A stretch of DNA of 64,000 nucleotides from Chrysomallon squamiferum (lineage: Eukaryota; Animalia; Mollusca). This document shows positions 26,801-42,224 of this stretch, one piece after another. The stretch spans positions 186,001 to 250,000 of the forward strand of contig CM022672.1 in assembly GCA_012295275.1 (NCBI GenBank), written 5' to 3'. The notes beneath the pieces are model-generated. The model made no database searches, had not been told where the DNA came from, and saw only the letters and a program-made list of their open reading frames with translations. The translations under genes and the position numbers were made by a program. The stretch's first letter is position 1, and each line of letters opens with the position of its first letter.

Positions 26801-29800
26801 TATCCAGGTATTTATTTATTTATTTTTATTTAAACTGAAAAAACCAATAGCATGATTTGTATTTGTAGGTTTCTTTCTTGTTATACACTGTTAACACAAA
26901 ATCATGAACTGAATATTAAGATAGTAGTGCAACAAACATTAAATTAGTGAATATGTTTCATTCTACAGCTGGAAAGAAGGAAGCTATCAAGTTGTTGGTG
27001 AGGAGAAAATAGTAGCAGCTGAATTCTTCAGCTTCAACCAGGTGATCTGCAAACTGCCTAAACCAGGCAGCTACATCATGTCTGTCACCAACAACAACGT
27101 CATCTTCAGTGAAAATGTCACATTCACAGCATACAGTCCAAGCTGTCATCAGTGTACAAAGTCAGGCCTTTGTAAACTTACGGTAAATGTAAAATATGTA
27201 AACAGTGTGCAAAGTCAGGCCTTTGTAAACTTACAGTAAATGTAAAATATGTAAACGGTGTGCAAAGTCAGGCCTTTGTAAACTTACGGCAAATGTAAAA
27301 TATGTAAACAGTGTGCAAAGTCAGGCCTTTGTAAACTTACGGTAAATGTAAAATATGTAAACGGTGTGCAAAGTCAGGCCTTTGTAAACTTACGGTAAAT
27401 GTAAAATATGTAAACAGTGTGCAAAGTCAGGCCTTTGTAAACTTATGGTAAATGTAAAATATGTAAACAGTGTGCAAAGTCAGGCTTCTAAAGATTTATG
27501 GCAAGTCTAAAAAAAGTAAAAACTTAGGCATTTATAATCTTGAAGTTTGCCCTATATAAACTTACAGCAAATGTATTGATATAAGTAAACATTGTACACT
27601 CAGATGTTTACAGATGTTTAGACTTATACTAAATACATCAGTGTCGACTGTAGTTCTAATCATTTGTATGTAAATGTATAATAAATGTATCAATCTATGT
27701 AAACAGTGTATTAATCATCGGTATTAAAATGAAAAATGTGTTATTTATTGCAGTCTGACAGGTGTTTCATAGACAATAAATGTTATCACTCTGGTGACAA
27801 AGCCAAACACAACGCCTCTCTCGTTTGTGAGCCACACGAAAATTACACAGAGTGGAGCATCTTTAAAGGTTGTTTTATTATTTGTTTATCTGTGAGACTT
27901 TTGTTGAATAAAATTACCTTGAATCCACAGTCTTTTTAACCATGAGGAAATGTTAGTTTTACTTTGTTGAATTCTTTTTAAAAAAGAGAGCAAAGTATAA
28001 TAATAACAAAGAAGTTATAACAGTTATTCAATATAACAGTGGATGCAGTGTTTATAAAGAAATCACTAAACATGTCCATTCACTTCTGTGGGTTAATTTT
28101 TTCAGCATATCCATATCTCCGAGGTGAGCCAAAGTTGTCTACCCGCTATGATGAAACAAAGAATGAATTATTCTTTCGGTGCGAGTTCGATGTCTTCCAG
28201 CGTGATGATGTCACATACAAAATGGTGTTGTATCACAATGACACTAAGATCACAGATCAAGTCCTTGGCAACTCTGTGAACATGACCGAATACAGCATCA
28301 ACCTGGTGACAGGAATAGCTTATGGCTCTACAGTATGTACTATAACTAAGTCTATTAACTATTATGTTTTATTTTATTTTTCTCTTGCTCCTCATTTTTG
28401 CAGAAAGAAAGTGAGCTGTTTTCTGGTGTGTGTAGCATTCCATACAAGATCAATTTTTGTATGTTATTACTTAATGAAAGTATTTGCTGCAGTTCATCTC
28501 TGAATAAGTAGTGATAATTTACTTGAATGTCATATGTTAGACAAAAGAATAAATTTAGCATACAGTGACAGTTTTTAGGTAGGAGTGTATATTTATCATT
28601 TTTTGTATTTCCTGTATATCTATGTGTCTGTGCATGCATGCATTCATGTCTGTGTATATCTGTTTTTTTGTGTGTTTATACATGTGTATGTGTGTTTATT
28701 TAGTATATGTTTGTGTATGTGTGTATATGTGTGTATATGTGTGTAAATATATATATTTATGTATGTATGTGTGTATGTATGTATGTATGAATTGTGTATG
28801 TGTGTGTGTGTTTGTATTTATGTATATGTTTTATCATTTTAGGTGAGGTGTGGAATATGGGCATGTTTCACTTCCAGTTGTTCCAACACAAACAGTCCAC
28901 CAAAGAAAAGTGAAATATTTACTGTAGAGCTGAAGGTAAAGAGCTAGTTATGTGAATTAACCATCCACACAACATCCATTAACTCACCTAACCTGTGCTC
29001 TGAGTAACCAGAGGTTCACCTAGCTACTACTCAACCAGTATTTTATATAAGAACTGACTATGGAAAGCTGCATAAAATGATGTACAAATAAGCACAGATT
29101 AAATACAGATTGGATAGACAAAAACATTTTATGGTCTGTAATCATTTCAGATATCTCACTTTTACATGCATCTCTCTTTGTTACCAAAACAGTATAACAC
29201 TATAATCACACATATCTCACTTTGATATCATGCTGCTACATTATTCTCTAACAATGGTTTCACTGTGTAAAATGTGTCCATGTTTCAGGTGTCTGGTGAC
29301 ATCACTGTAGTGGAAGGAGGACTGCCTGGTCAGTTTGCAGTTGAGTTGACAGTGCCACCAAACTACCTGTGTACTGACAACAGTGATGACTGCCATGTGC
29401 AGGCTGGGATTGTTCTGGATGTTGAAAAAGAACACAAATGTTCCACTTCAGATCTGATTCACTACCAGTCAGTGTTTGTCTCCACAGCAACAGAGCCCAG
29501 CAGTGCTGGTTGCTCTTTGAGTTTCACTTCATGGCCTCAGACTGTCACAATGCCAGTCCAGGCAGTCAGTGACATGTTGGTAGATGGTGATCAAATTCGC
29601 ACTGCTCACTTTTCTGTCTCAGTCACCATGGATACCAAAGTACAGTTCAGCTCAGTGGTTGCATCAAGGAAAGTATGTATTTTGTGGTTATATTTTTTTG
29701 TTGTTCTTTGACTTTTGACATTATTGTGTTGTATAATAAATTTTCACTTTTTGTTCACTTTGTACTAAAACATAATTCAGAGAACTGCAGTGTTTTTAAG

Positions 29801-32800
29801 ATAACAATTCAGAACTGTGTGATTGCAGGTCACAGTGAAAGATTCAGACCACACTTCACTCTGCAACTCTGTTAATGATCCTCATATGAAAACGTTTGAT
29901 GGAAGGTAAGACATTTCAGATCTGGTCATTACTGGTGTAAGAAGCATAGAGAAAATGTTTAATTTCACTTTTGAAATAATTGAAGATTAAAAGCTACTGG
30001 CACTTGAAGTTTGGAAAGAGTCAATCCTGACAATTATATTAGCTTTAGCATTTATTACTTTATACTTAATACATGTTTATGTTAAATAGATAATACTAAA
30101 AAAATAATACTAAGATAAATATCTCTTTATATCTGATTGTAGTTAAATATGTGTACATATCTGTTTGCATCTAATCATAGTTAATAAATAGTTGTATTGT
30201 CTGTTTATAACTAATTATATTATAAATATTTGTAAATTAGTTTATAAATTGGTGTGTTGTTTCAGGAAATATAACAACTTTTTAGAAGGAGAGTTTGTTC
30301 TGTACAGACACAAGACTTTGCCTTATGAGGTGAGGTGTCATTTATAGAAATATCATTATTCTTATTTATCATATTTTAATAGTTCATACATGATTTATTT
30401 ATCATATTTCAGTACTTAACTAGAGATTTATTATTTATCATGTTATAGTGATTTACTTGTAATATTACAGCAGTTTACTAGTGATTTATTCATTATTGTA
30501 GTAGTGATTTAACACCTACAGAGCTTTATTGTGATGGTCTGTGTGTTTAGGTAAGGTCATTCTACCGCTCCTGCAATGGCCGTGCAGCATGTAACTGTGC
30601 TGTCACTGTCAAGTCTGGAGATGACGTCATTCTGATAGACAGATGTGGAGCTGCCATGGGACCATCAACTAGGAAGACAAGAATCTCAGTGAAAATTTTC
30701 AAAAATGGTGAACTCACAAAAAATACCAGAATTCTGCAGTTTTCTGGAGGAAAGAGATATGAGGTAAGATTTTACTTTTATTTTATTATTAGTTTAGTTC
30801 ACTTTATCTTTTTATTTTATTATATCTTTAGATTCTTCTTCTTATTATTATTGTTATTTTTTTTTAAATGCAACAGTTTAGAAATTACAGATTTCTCATT
30901 CTGGAAATAATATTAGAAATGACACAAATGAAGTTAATAGAAATTGATTTATTAGTTGAAGAGGTTTGTTATAAACAGACATATGTCAGTGAATGGCATT
31001 TCTTATACACATTTAATTTTTTAAGAAGCCTGTGAATATCATTTAATTTTTTAAGAAGCCTGTGAATATCATTTAATTCATGCAGAAATATGTCAGTGAC
31101 AATTCATAAGAAAATCTAATAGTGATACTTCATTCATGAAGAAATAAAATAGAGAAATGTCATAACTTGCATTGTAGGTTCACCTGCCAACTGGAACATA
31201 TGTCATAGTGAAGACAGGAGTGAGGAGAACAGCAAACTTCCTCAACGTGTGGGTCAAATCATCAGCTGCAGACTACAAACAAACTGAAGGTTGTAATCAT
31301 ATCATATTTTAATTAGCTTACTGCTGTGTGTTTTGTTTGGATATTAGACTACATGTTATTCATTATGTAGTATATCATTGTGCAGAATCATTGTAATATT
31401 CAAATATATATTTGAAGCAGTTATGAACCTGATTAATAATTCATTTATTAAATATGCACATGTATATTATAAATTAAATACAAACATTAAATTTAAACTA
31501 TATAACTGTATCCACATTGTGTTTCAAACAGGCCTTTGTGGAAGTTTGGACAACAACAAGAGAAATGATTTTTTCATAAAAGACAATCTGGCACAGGATG
31601 TGAACACCTTCTCTCTGTACTGGAGGTAAACAATATTTGGTAAACTGATTGTTTAAACTGACGCTGGTAAACATTACACTCCTTCTTATAATACATACAT
31701 TGTTACATTGTTTTACACTGCAGAATATTATTGTGATAAACTCTACTCTGTTGTTTCAGTTGACAGTGATAAACACTACATTCTTGTTTGTGACAGTAAA
31801 CTAATCTGGTAAATATTACACTCTTTCTGTAAACTGAATAAAGAATATCACTTTTCATCATTTCTTTGTTTAACAAAAATCGTTTATTTCCACAGAATTA
31901 CTAAAGAATATTATTAACACTAGAACATACCAGTTGTTTATGATTAATATTTTTGCAAATCTAAGTTCTGCCTATATTGTAGATTTCTTTGTTTTGCAGA
32001 AAGTCACTACTCTGGTCTGTGTGTGACAGAAGAAGTTTCAACATCAAATGCAAAGTTTTTACATGATTAAGATTTTTGTCAGTAAGTTCTGCCTATTGTA
32101 GAGTGATGTCAACTTGATGTTATCAGATGTCCTCAAAACACACAGTCCAGGAAACAGAACATCAGGTTTAACCCATGAAAATAGTTTTGTTTAATGTTAT
32201 TAGAGGTATAAAGATATAACAAAATATATGTTTGATGTTATCAGATGTCCTCAAGACACACAGTCCAAGAAATTCACATCAGGTAAAACTTCACATGAAA
32301 ATAGTTTGTTTAATGTTATTACAGGTAAAAATATATATTGAAATATCTGTTTGTTAAGGTTTGTTTAATAATTTTTAAATGTATGTTTGTTATTACAGGT
32401 AAAGATTTGTTTAATATTAAAATGTATATTTCTTATCACAGGTAAAAAGATATATTAAATTATTATTGTATGTTTGTTATTACAGGTAAAGGATTGTTTA
32501 ATATTAAATTGTATGTTTGATTTTACAGGTGAAGATTACACAGAACATTTTTTGCAGCAGGCAGTGAGTTCTTGTAATGAGAAGACAGTTTTCCAGTATG
32601 ACTCTGACTACAGATCTGAGGTACTCGGTTTCAGTTTTACTCTTGTTAATACCTGGTTCTTTTCTTAATGATAAATATTTAGAGTTTATTATTACAGTTG
32701 TTTAACACGTGTTTTTCTGTTTCCAGATTTTTACATGGCCTACAAAAACACTTGGTTTCACTGAGCAGAATGCAACTGAATACTGCCGCAACTACATAAC

Positions 32801-34644
32801 AGGAACAAAGATTGGAACTCAGTGCATGAAATATTTGAGTCTGCAACTTGAGATCAGTATTGCATCCTGCGTTTCTGACATCCAGGTAAAGCACTGCCAT
32901 TGATTATTTTTTTTAAACTGTGCGTTTAGAAATAGCTGTTCAGTTTATTATTTTAAAACACTGTGTACAGTTACAAGTTGTTTTGTCACTCAAACCTGCT
33001 AATCAGCATCTTAATAAGTGCACATTTGAACATAGTGTTTGCATTTTCTAGAATCCTGATTTTGGACTTTGTAGGTAATGGGTTTATGTTATGGATACAG
33101 ATTTTAAAAAAATGTAATATTTATGTTCTTTACAAACAGGCATTTATAATGTATTTATGTTATATCAAGGACAGCTGTAGATAATATGTTTATGTTGTGT
33201 TACAAGGTATGAACAGCTGTAGGTAATGTGGTTATATTGTGTTACAGATCATGGACAACTTGGACTGGGCAGAAGAAGCCCTCCAGGGATTCATCCTGCA
33301 ATGTCTGTCTCTCTTCATGTTTGATGTGAAGATGTGGATTGAGGTTAATGGCCAGATTAAACCAAATTTCAACATAATAGATCTTGTGTGTGTCAATGAC
33401 TGCAGTCAGCACGGCAGTTGTTGTTCAGCAGGTCAGTAACAGAGGTAGATCAGAACAACAGGTGATATATGATATGGAATCTTCTACTGGATTTCTATTT
33501 GCAGTTTTATTAAAAGTCTCACATGAGCTTTTATAGTACTGGGCAATAAGATTATATCATAATTAGCAGAGGTTTAGTGTTTGACAAACCATATTGTTTC
33601 TACTAAATGATATTATATTTTATTAAGATGATGATTTGTATTTTTTGTTTTTCTGATATAGGCATGTGTAGCTGTGACAATGGTTTTGCTGGTCCTGATT
33701 GTTCTGTGGATCTCAGCATACCTCCACGTATAGACTCTGTAGCTAAACCTCGCTGTGACAGGAAAACATCTGACTGTACTTCAGTGGTTATCTATGGAGG
33801 CAGCTTTGTCCAGCTGGACACTCTTGTCTGTAGGCTGACCACAGCACTGGTAAGTTTTAAATATCTGCATGTATCTTTTTTAAATATCTGCATATATCTG
33901 TCTGTATTTTGTTTTATATAAATATTAAAATTTTGTCTGTTATTTTAATGTGTCATTTAATCTGTGTTATCTGTTATATATAAATATCAGAAATCTACTT
34001 GAATCTGTATGTTCTTAATCAGTAAATTGTACTTGGGTATTTTATTTCAGTACACGACTTCAGCCTACATCAAGAGCAGCATTCAGACAACTGTGGTGGC
34101 TAAATTTGTATCATTTGAAGAAATTGTGTGTCCTGTCTCAGAGGGCAGCTACTACATTGAGATCTCCATAGACGGCAAAGTCTTCAGCAGTGACATTCTC
34201 TTTCAAGTGATTGACTCAACATGTATGACCTGCGAGAATAATACATGTACTGTTAATGTAAGTCACCAAAAATATAATGTCATAGTCTGATCATAAGTTA
34301 TCCCAGTCAATATTTACATTACATATTTGGTTAAAGTCTTTTTTAATGCTTAACAGTTAAATTATTATTATTAAATGTCTAGTTAAGTAATAATTATAAT
34401 TAATAGTTAAACTGAGATTATTTATTAAATGTTTAATAATTAAATAATAATAATTATCATTAAACAGGAAGGTTCATGTTTCATTGAGTGTTTCATTGAG
34501 TCTGATAAAAGTGTTACAGGAACCTTGGAGAGCAAACCCTGATAACAATACTCTGATGTGTGAGCCAAGCAGGAACCAAACAGCATGGACCAGAGCAAAT
34601 GGTACTGTTTTAAACCTAATCAGTGCAGTGCTCTGCCTGCAAAA

Positions 34645-34702
<58 letters not shown>

Positions 34703-37700
34703 TTTGTGTGTGTGTGTGTGTGTGTGAGTGTGTGAGATAGAGAGAGAGAAAAAAAATAAGAGTAAAATAAAGTGTTTTTTTCAATAAACTTAAATTAAAT
34801 AATTAATTATTTGTCAACACTTGAGGTCTATCTATACACACAATAAACTTAAATATTTTCAATTACATTAAATATTTAATTATTTGTCAACACTTGAGAT
34901 CTATACACACAATATTGACACATTATAGTATTTATACTAAAAAGAGTTTTAGGAATAATTCTACAGAGAAAAAAAAAAATATTTGTTAAATCTTTTCTGC
35001 AGACTTTCCAGACATTGGTGTTAAACCTAATCTCAGAGTTGAGTTCAATGAATCTACATCAGCGTTTGTCTTTATCTGTGACTGGAGTTCCTATGTCCCA
35101 CAAACATCAGTCGACATTTCAGTGATTTGGTTCACTAGTGACAATGTCACATCTAAAACTCAAGTCACAGACAACACAACAGCTGTTAAGAAACAGATGA
35201 CCTCAGACTGGCCAGTCAAATATGGAGACGTTGTAAGTTTGTTTTGATGAACTATAACATTAAGAGAAGCAAAAATACATAAAAGCATTACTTTCATTTT
35301 CAGTTAAGTGCAGCAAACAATAAACCTCCTAACTGTATAGTATACTGTTATATAAGTTCATTCAGTTGTTAAAGACTATACTTCATACCACAGTCTTGTG
35401 ATTTAGTAGCCAGTCATGCAACAGACCATTGATTCAATAATTAATTATGCAATAGTCCAATAATTTAGTAACTAATCATGCCATAGTCCGATAATTTAGT
35501 AATTAACCATGCCATAGTCCAGTGATTCAGTAACTAATCATGCAATAGTCCAATAATTTAGTAATTAATCATGCCATAATCTAATAATTTAGTAACTAAT
35601 CATGCCATAGTCTGGTGACTCAGTAATTAATCATGCAATAATCAGTAATTAATTTATTCATTAATCAAACAACAGTCCAATGATTAAGTAACTAATCATG
35701 CCATTGCCCAATAATTTAGTAACAAAGTCCATGCCATAACTCCAATAATTCAGTTTAACTAAATGCCATTGCCAATTTAGTAACCATGCCACAGTCCAAT
35801 AATTTAGTAACTAATCATGCCATAGTCCATGAATCAGTAATTAATCATGCAATATTCCAGTGACTTAGTTACAAATTATGCCATAGTCCAGTAATTTAGT
35901 AACTAATTATGCCATAGTCCAATGATTCAGTAACTAGTCATGGCCCCAGTCCATTGGTGTAGTTTTATTTGTTTTCACTCAAAATTGTATTAGATGATAC
36001 ATGTTGTTTTTCAGGGATTTTTACTTGGTTAAATTTATTATGAGAAAATTCTTCACTTCAAAGTCAGTTTTGATTCAGTTTATAATAACAAATGAGAATA
36101 AACTAGCATGGTAAGTGCAGGTAAACTCTCATGTATTTGGGACTTTCAGTGAAATATCTTTTTTCTTTTTTCTTTTCTTCCAGATTTACTGTGCTCTTCA
36201 GTCATGCCGCTCTGACAGCTGTAACAGGACAAAAAGTCCTTACTTCAAGAGTAATGAGTACACACTGGAAATAAAGGTATATCTATACACATCTAATAAA
36301 CAGTATTAATATTATGCTTTATCATAATTATTTAATTGTACTAAGGTTACAGTTATTTTATTCAGCTCGAAAAATAAACAGATGTTGACATCCAAATATA
36401 AATGACAATACTGACTGAAATGACATTTATGAAGTTTCAGTCATGTAAGATATACACAGGGCACCCAGTATGTTGTGATTTCCCACAATAAACAATTTTG
36501 GATCTTTAAACCTAATAAATTAATAAAATGCTTTCTAGAGAAACAGTGAATAGACACTGGAAGTAAACATTTTTACATCTGACATCAAATTTATTTTGCT
36601 TTTAATTTATTACTATTAAGTTAATGTTATTAGTTTTCCTTACATTTTTTTTTGCTAACCTTTCAGGTCATTGGTAAAACTTCTCTCACAGTGACAGAAG
36701 GAGGTATTTCAAAAAGTGTTAGAATTGTGTCAACGTTTCCACCTTTGGTCTTCTGTAATGATGATGTTAACTGCAGTATGCACATCAACACCTTCATTCC
36801 ACATGTCAGTAATGACATCACCTGTCCAGGTTCAGGCACTGTCATCCCTCAAGCAGTTCTCAGTTGGCATGACAACAGTGGTGTGACATCATCCTGTGGT
36901 GTGATTCTAACAAACAGTAACTGGAAGTCAGAACAGCTGATTAACGTCCGCGCATCAATGGATGGCAGACCTGACAACAATCAGAGACGACAGCTTGAGA
37001 TCTCAGCTGAAGTAATGTACCATGGCACTGTTCAAGTAGAAGAGACAGTTTCAGTAGCTCATATTGATGTGAGTAACAAGTGAACTATCATTTCAGATAC
37101 CTGTGTGCTATCCTAGATCTTTTCTCTCTCTATGTAGTTAGACATATGATCTTAAATAACTGTTCTAACTTTACAGCTTTTATGGTATTCATTAAACAAA
37201 AATGACTTTTATTATGATTTGTTTTCCAGTTGTTAATAAAAGATAGAAACCAGAAGGCAGTGTGCAAATCTATCAATGACCCACACATGACTACTTTTGA
37301 CGGAAGGTTTGTTACTTTATTCTCTACCTATAACACAAAAACTGAATTGTTTTGTATAGCTATTTAAACAGCACAAATGCAATGTTATATTTTTACCTAT
37401 CACTGAAACAAATCAGTGACACAAAAGTGAAACAAATATTTTTATTTTAATCAACAACACAAATCTAATGTTACATTTTACTTTCATCAGTGAAACAAAG
37501 GTAGTACGTTATATTTTTATCTGTTATTTACCAATGTTTGATGTGGTTTTTTTAACATTGCTACTAAACTGAGATATTTTCTGTGACTTATATTTACACT
37601 AGATACTACAACAATTTCAATGTGGGAGAATTTGTTCTCTATCGACACACTACACTGCCATATGAAGTAAGTAAGAAATAATCTAGTTGACATATACTTT

Positions 37701-40700
37701 GTAAACAGTTATATTTAATAACATTTGATGCAGTAAACAAGAACTATTGGTTGTTACTGTTGTTGTTTTTTGTTTTTGATATATTAGTAGAAACAGTACT
37801 ACGAATGTCAATTATTAGTTAATAATGGTAATGACAATGAAGAAAATTATGGTGAAAAATTAAAACTTAACTTCACGTGATATGCACAGAGATGACAAAT
37901 AATAAAATAACATGTGTTATATAAATATATCATTCATGTCTGTTGTTTTTTTGTTTGTTTTTTATGTTGTTTTTTTCTCCAGATCCACACATTCTATCGA
38001 CCATGCAATGGAAGGGCAGCTTGTAATTGTGCTGTTGCTGTGCAGGTTGATGATGATGTTGTTGTAGTTGATAGATGTGGACCATCAATGGGCAAGTCAA
38101 ACATTCAGACACCTATTTCAGTACAGATGTACGTAACAGGAGAGTTGACAGCTGGATTTCGAGTGATCAGAATGAATGGAGGAAAGAAATATGACGTGAG
38201 TTTTCTGCATCTCTCTGTAGCACAATTTATTTTAAACAAATTTTTTATTACAGTTTTAGGTTTTAAGAAAAATATCTATACATGATTAATATAAGCTTAG
38301 TCTTAGTGAATGCTGTTGTTACAGGTGATGTTGCCCAGTGGGTCAGTGTTGACAGTGTCCGTTGGTCGAGGTCTAACTAAAGAGTTTCTCAATGTCTGGT
38401 TTAGAGCATCAGCTGTTGACTTTGGCCACACAGAAGGTATTGATGTCATATCAGTTTTTTTATTTGTTGTTAGGTCTGTTTAGATTATTGGAATAACTAA
38501 CTAAATTAAAACTGTGGTTAGGTCTGTGTAGATTATTGGAGACACTAATTTAATACAAGATGTTGTTAGGAATGTGTAGATTTTTTGAGTCACTAATTGA
38601 ATTAAAGTGTTGTTAGTTCTGTGTAGATTTTTTCATTCACTAACTAAATTATAACTGTTGTTAGGTCTGTGTGGAACATTTGATGGGAACAAGAACAATG
38701 ACTTAAAAACAAGAGATGGAGACTTAGTTACTGGAGGTGTTTACCCAAACAAGTTCTCAGTTAGCTGGAGGTAAACATTTTAAATACTTAAATATTTTAA
38801 GTACTCACACAGAATAAACACTTTATGTACTCATTTAAGTGGAGGTAAAGATTTTAAATATTTGTATAGATGGAGTAAAAATTTGAAATTCTCACACAGA
38901 TGGAGTTAAACATTTTAAAATAGTTAGCTGGAGATAAGGAAATGCCAACATGCAAAAGTGAGTTGTCATAATGTAAATAGAACAGTACATATTAATCTAA
39001 TTGTTTAACAGAGTGAGTAAAGAGGAATCGTTGTACAGAGGTGTCTGTGGTGCAGCTACTACAACTGAAGGTACAACTGTCAGCCAGACTTTCTGTTCCT
39101 GTGACAACAAAGAAAACATTGACTGTAGCCATGGCTATGCCTTCATGTGTCAAGACAGTTTGAAGAAAATCAGACACGGTATATTATATGTTATAAATAG
39201 CTTTGTAAACCCAAGTACATCATAGTCTGTGTTTTCACTACATCAAAACAAATATCAGTAGCTGAAACAACAGATTCACAGTAAACAATGGAAGTATTTC
39301 ACATCAAAATACTGGTTTCATAGTAGGCTATGGAAGTGTTTGACATCAAAATGCTGGACTCACAGTAAAAAATATTGAGTCATATTTTATAGCTCACTAA
39401 ATGATTTTACTACAGGTACACCCAACCCACTCACATTTATTATATTTATTTGTGTTTACAGGTAAAGATATTACAGATGAACTAATGCAGACTGCAACTG
39501 TTGGCTCTAGTCAGTGTGTTGTATATGAGTATGATGTCAACTACACTCCCCAGGTACACCAATATCATTTCTTCAGTAAATATGAGTTTTACCCTTTGTT
39601 GTTAATGCATGAGTAATAGTTATTTATGTTAATGTTAGTGTAAAATATAATGATAATATAACAGTTATTTACATGTTGGTCTAATGTTTAATATAAGTGG
39701 TAAGTTAATTTAAATGTTAGTGTAAAAGTAAAGGTAAATATTAGTAACAGTTAATGTAAATTTAGTATAATTGTAATTGAAGGAATACACCTGGCCGACA
39801 CGAAAAGGCTGGACTCTGGAGAAGGCGAAACAGTACTGTACTGAGTACATACAGAAACACGAGTCTGGTCGTGTCTGTACCAGCAAAGTTCAAAACATTG
39901 GCCTTGACCTTGTTATCAAAGCTTGTGTGGAGGACATTCAGGTAAATACCAAATTTAACAATTACTTTATTCTCTGTTTCTCTATATCTATCACCCTCTC
40001 TCTCTCTCACTCTCTGTCTCTGTCTCTCTTTCTAATGACAAATCTATCTGCGTATCTGTCTCTCTGTCTGTCTGTCTCTGTCATTTTACATGTATAGTGT
40101 GTGTACATGTGAGTAGTGTGTGTGTGTGTTTGTGTTGTGTTTCACTTCTATGTCTATATAATTCAGATTATGGATGACACACACTATGCTACTACTGCCC
40201 TGGAGAGTGTTAAAGAACAGTGTGTGTTTGAAGTGGCAATGAACAGTCAGTTCTGGATTAAATCTTTAACTGGTCTCTACACTATTGACTTCACCATCAT
40301 TGGAAGTGTTTGTCCAGAGGAATGCAATGAGCATGGGACATGTAGAGGAGGTAAGCATCAATATTTTGTTTGTTTGTGTCTCACACTGAGCCATTTGTCA
40401 AAGATTTACAAGTGTACAGAATTTGTTTTTGTGATCTCAGTTACAGGTGTGTAATTAAGTCAAAATATTAAAGACATATAATTAATTAATATATGTGTGT
40501 GTGATTATGTATATAATTAGTTATGTAATTAATTAATAAGTTTTATGTGTTTAAAAAATATAATTAGCAATATGTTCAGGTGTGTATGATTAAAGCTGTA
40601 TATTTATATAGATACAGGTGGCTGTATTTATAGGAGTCTATGATTAAATCAATATATTTACAGGTCTGTGTAATTAAATCAGTGTATTTACATGTGTATA

Positions 40701-42189
40701 TAAGTCAGTGTATTTATAAGTGTGTGTTTATAAAACAATGAATTTATATGTTGTACATAAAACAATGAATTTACAGGTCTGTGTAATTAAATCTATGTAT
40801 TTACAAGTGTATATAAATTAATGTACTAACAGGTGTGTGCGACTGTCATGAGGGCTATACAGGAGAAGATTGTTCAGTAGATTTGTCAGCTCCCCCCACC
40901 ATTTACGGACCCTCTCATGGTGGATTGTGTAATATGGGGGCAGGTTCTTGTACACAGAAAATCTACATCTACGGAGAAATTTTCTACAACTCCCAGACTC
41001 TGACCTGTTACTTTAAGTCCATCACAGTAAGTGTTTGAGTCAAGACAGCAAATAAATGTTAGATAGCTTATTCTGTACAGATATCTGTATCAATATCTGT
41101 ATATCAATTAATCTAAGTATTTCTATATCTACATCTTAGTTCAGTATTAAAATTATTTTAAATGCTCTGTGACTTTTTAATGTCTTGATATAGAATTAAA
41201 CATCTGTGCTTGTCATATGCAAAAGAAATGTTTATTAAATCTAATCATTGTGTATTTCAAAATTTTTAAGATTGAGGCCTCCACATTGGTAATATCAGAA
41301 ACAGTGACAGAGTCTTCTGCTGTATTCATCAACTTCAACACTGTCATCTGTAACCTGCCGACCATCAGCAGCTATGCAGTCAGCATCAGCAATGTTAAAA
41401 ACATTGTCAGCAACTACACCATCTACCTGGTTTACAACAGTAAATGTGTGACCTGCAATAGAGAAAAATGCACTTTTAAGGTGATCTCGTTTCTTCTGTT
41501 TGAGTAAGAACTAAGAATCCTAAGAATCCTAAGAATCCTGTGTTCTGTATTCTGTTTAACAAAGCTATAATGTAATAGTTAAATGTAACAAAGCTGTTAT
41601 CTCATGGTTCTGTGTAACAATGCTATGATGTAACAGAACTATGTAATAGTGCTGTGATCAGTAAGACTTATTATAAGTTACGTTTGATAAAACACTTTTA
41701 TATAGCCCTTATATGTATTCACAATTGCAGCCTGATACTTGCTTTATTGATGGGATGTGCTACAAAATAAAAGAGAAGAAACCAGGAGATGATAACAAAA
41801 TGTGTTTGCCATCAGTCAATGTCACATCCTGGTCTCAGATAAAAGGTAATACATAGATTTTAATTCACAATAATATACTTAGTTTCTGTAACTGGTAGTT
41901 TGACATATATATATATATAACAACAATAATGTGGTGGGCCATAAAGCTTCACAAAATGTAAATACTGGAAAAATAATTGATATGGTTTCTGCATATTACA
42001 AATAATTTTTAACTGTGATAAAATATGTTGCTATTTTATATAAACTGAAATGCAGATTATACAGTAAAACACTGACAAGCATTTAGTTACCATTTTGCAA
42101 TACAGATAAAACTTTTTCAAGTGGTAAAATGTTGTGGATGGCAATCTCAAATGGTCAAATTATTGGGACAGCAGTTGCTGCCATATCAT

Positions 42190-42224
<35 letters not shown>

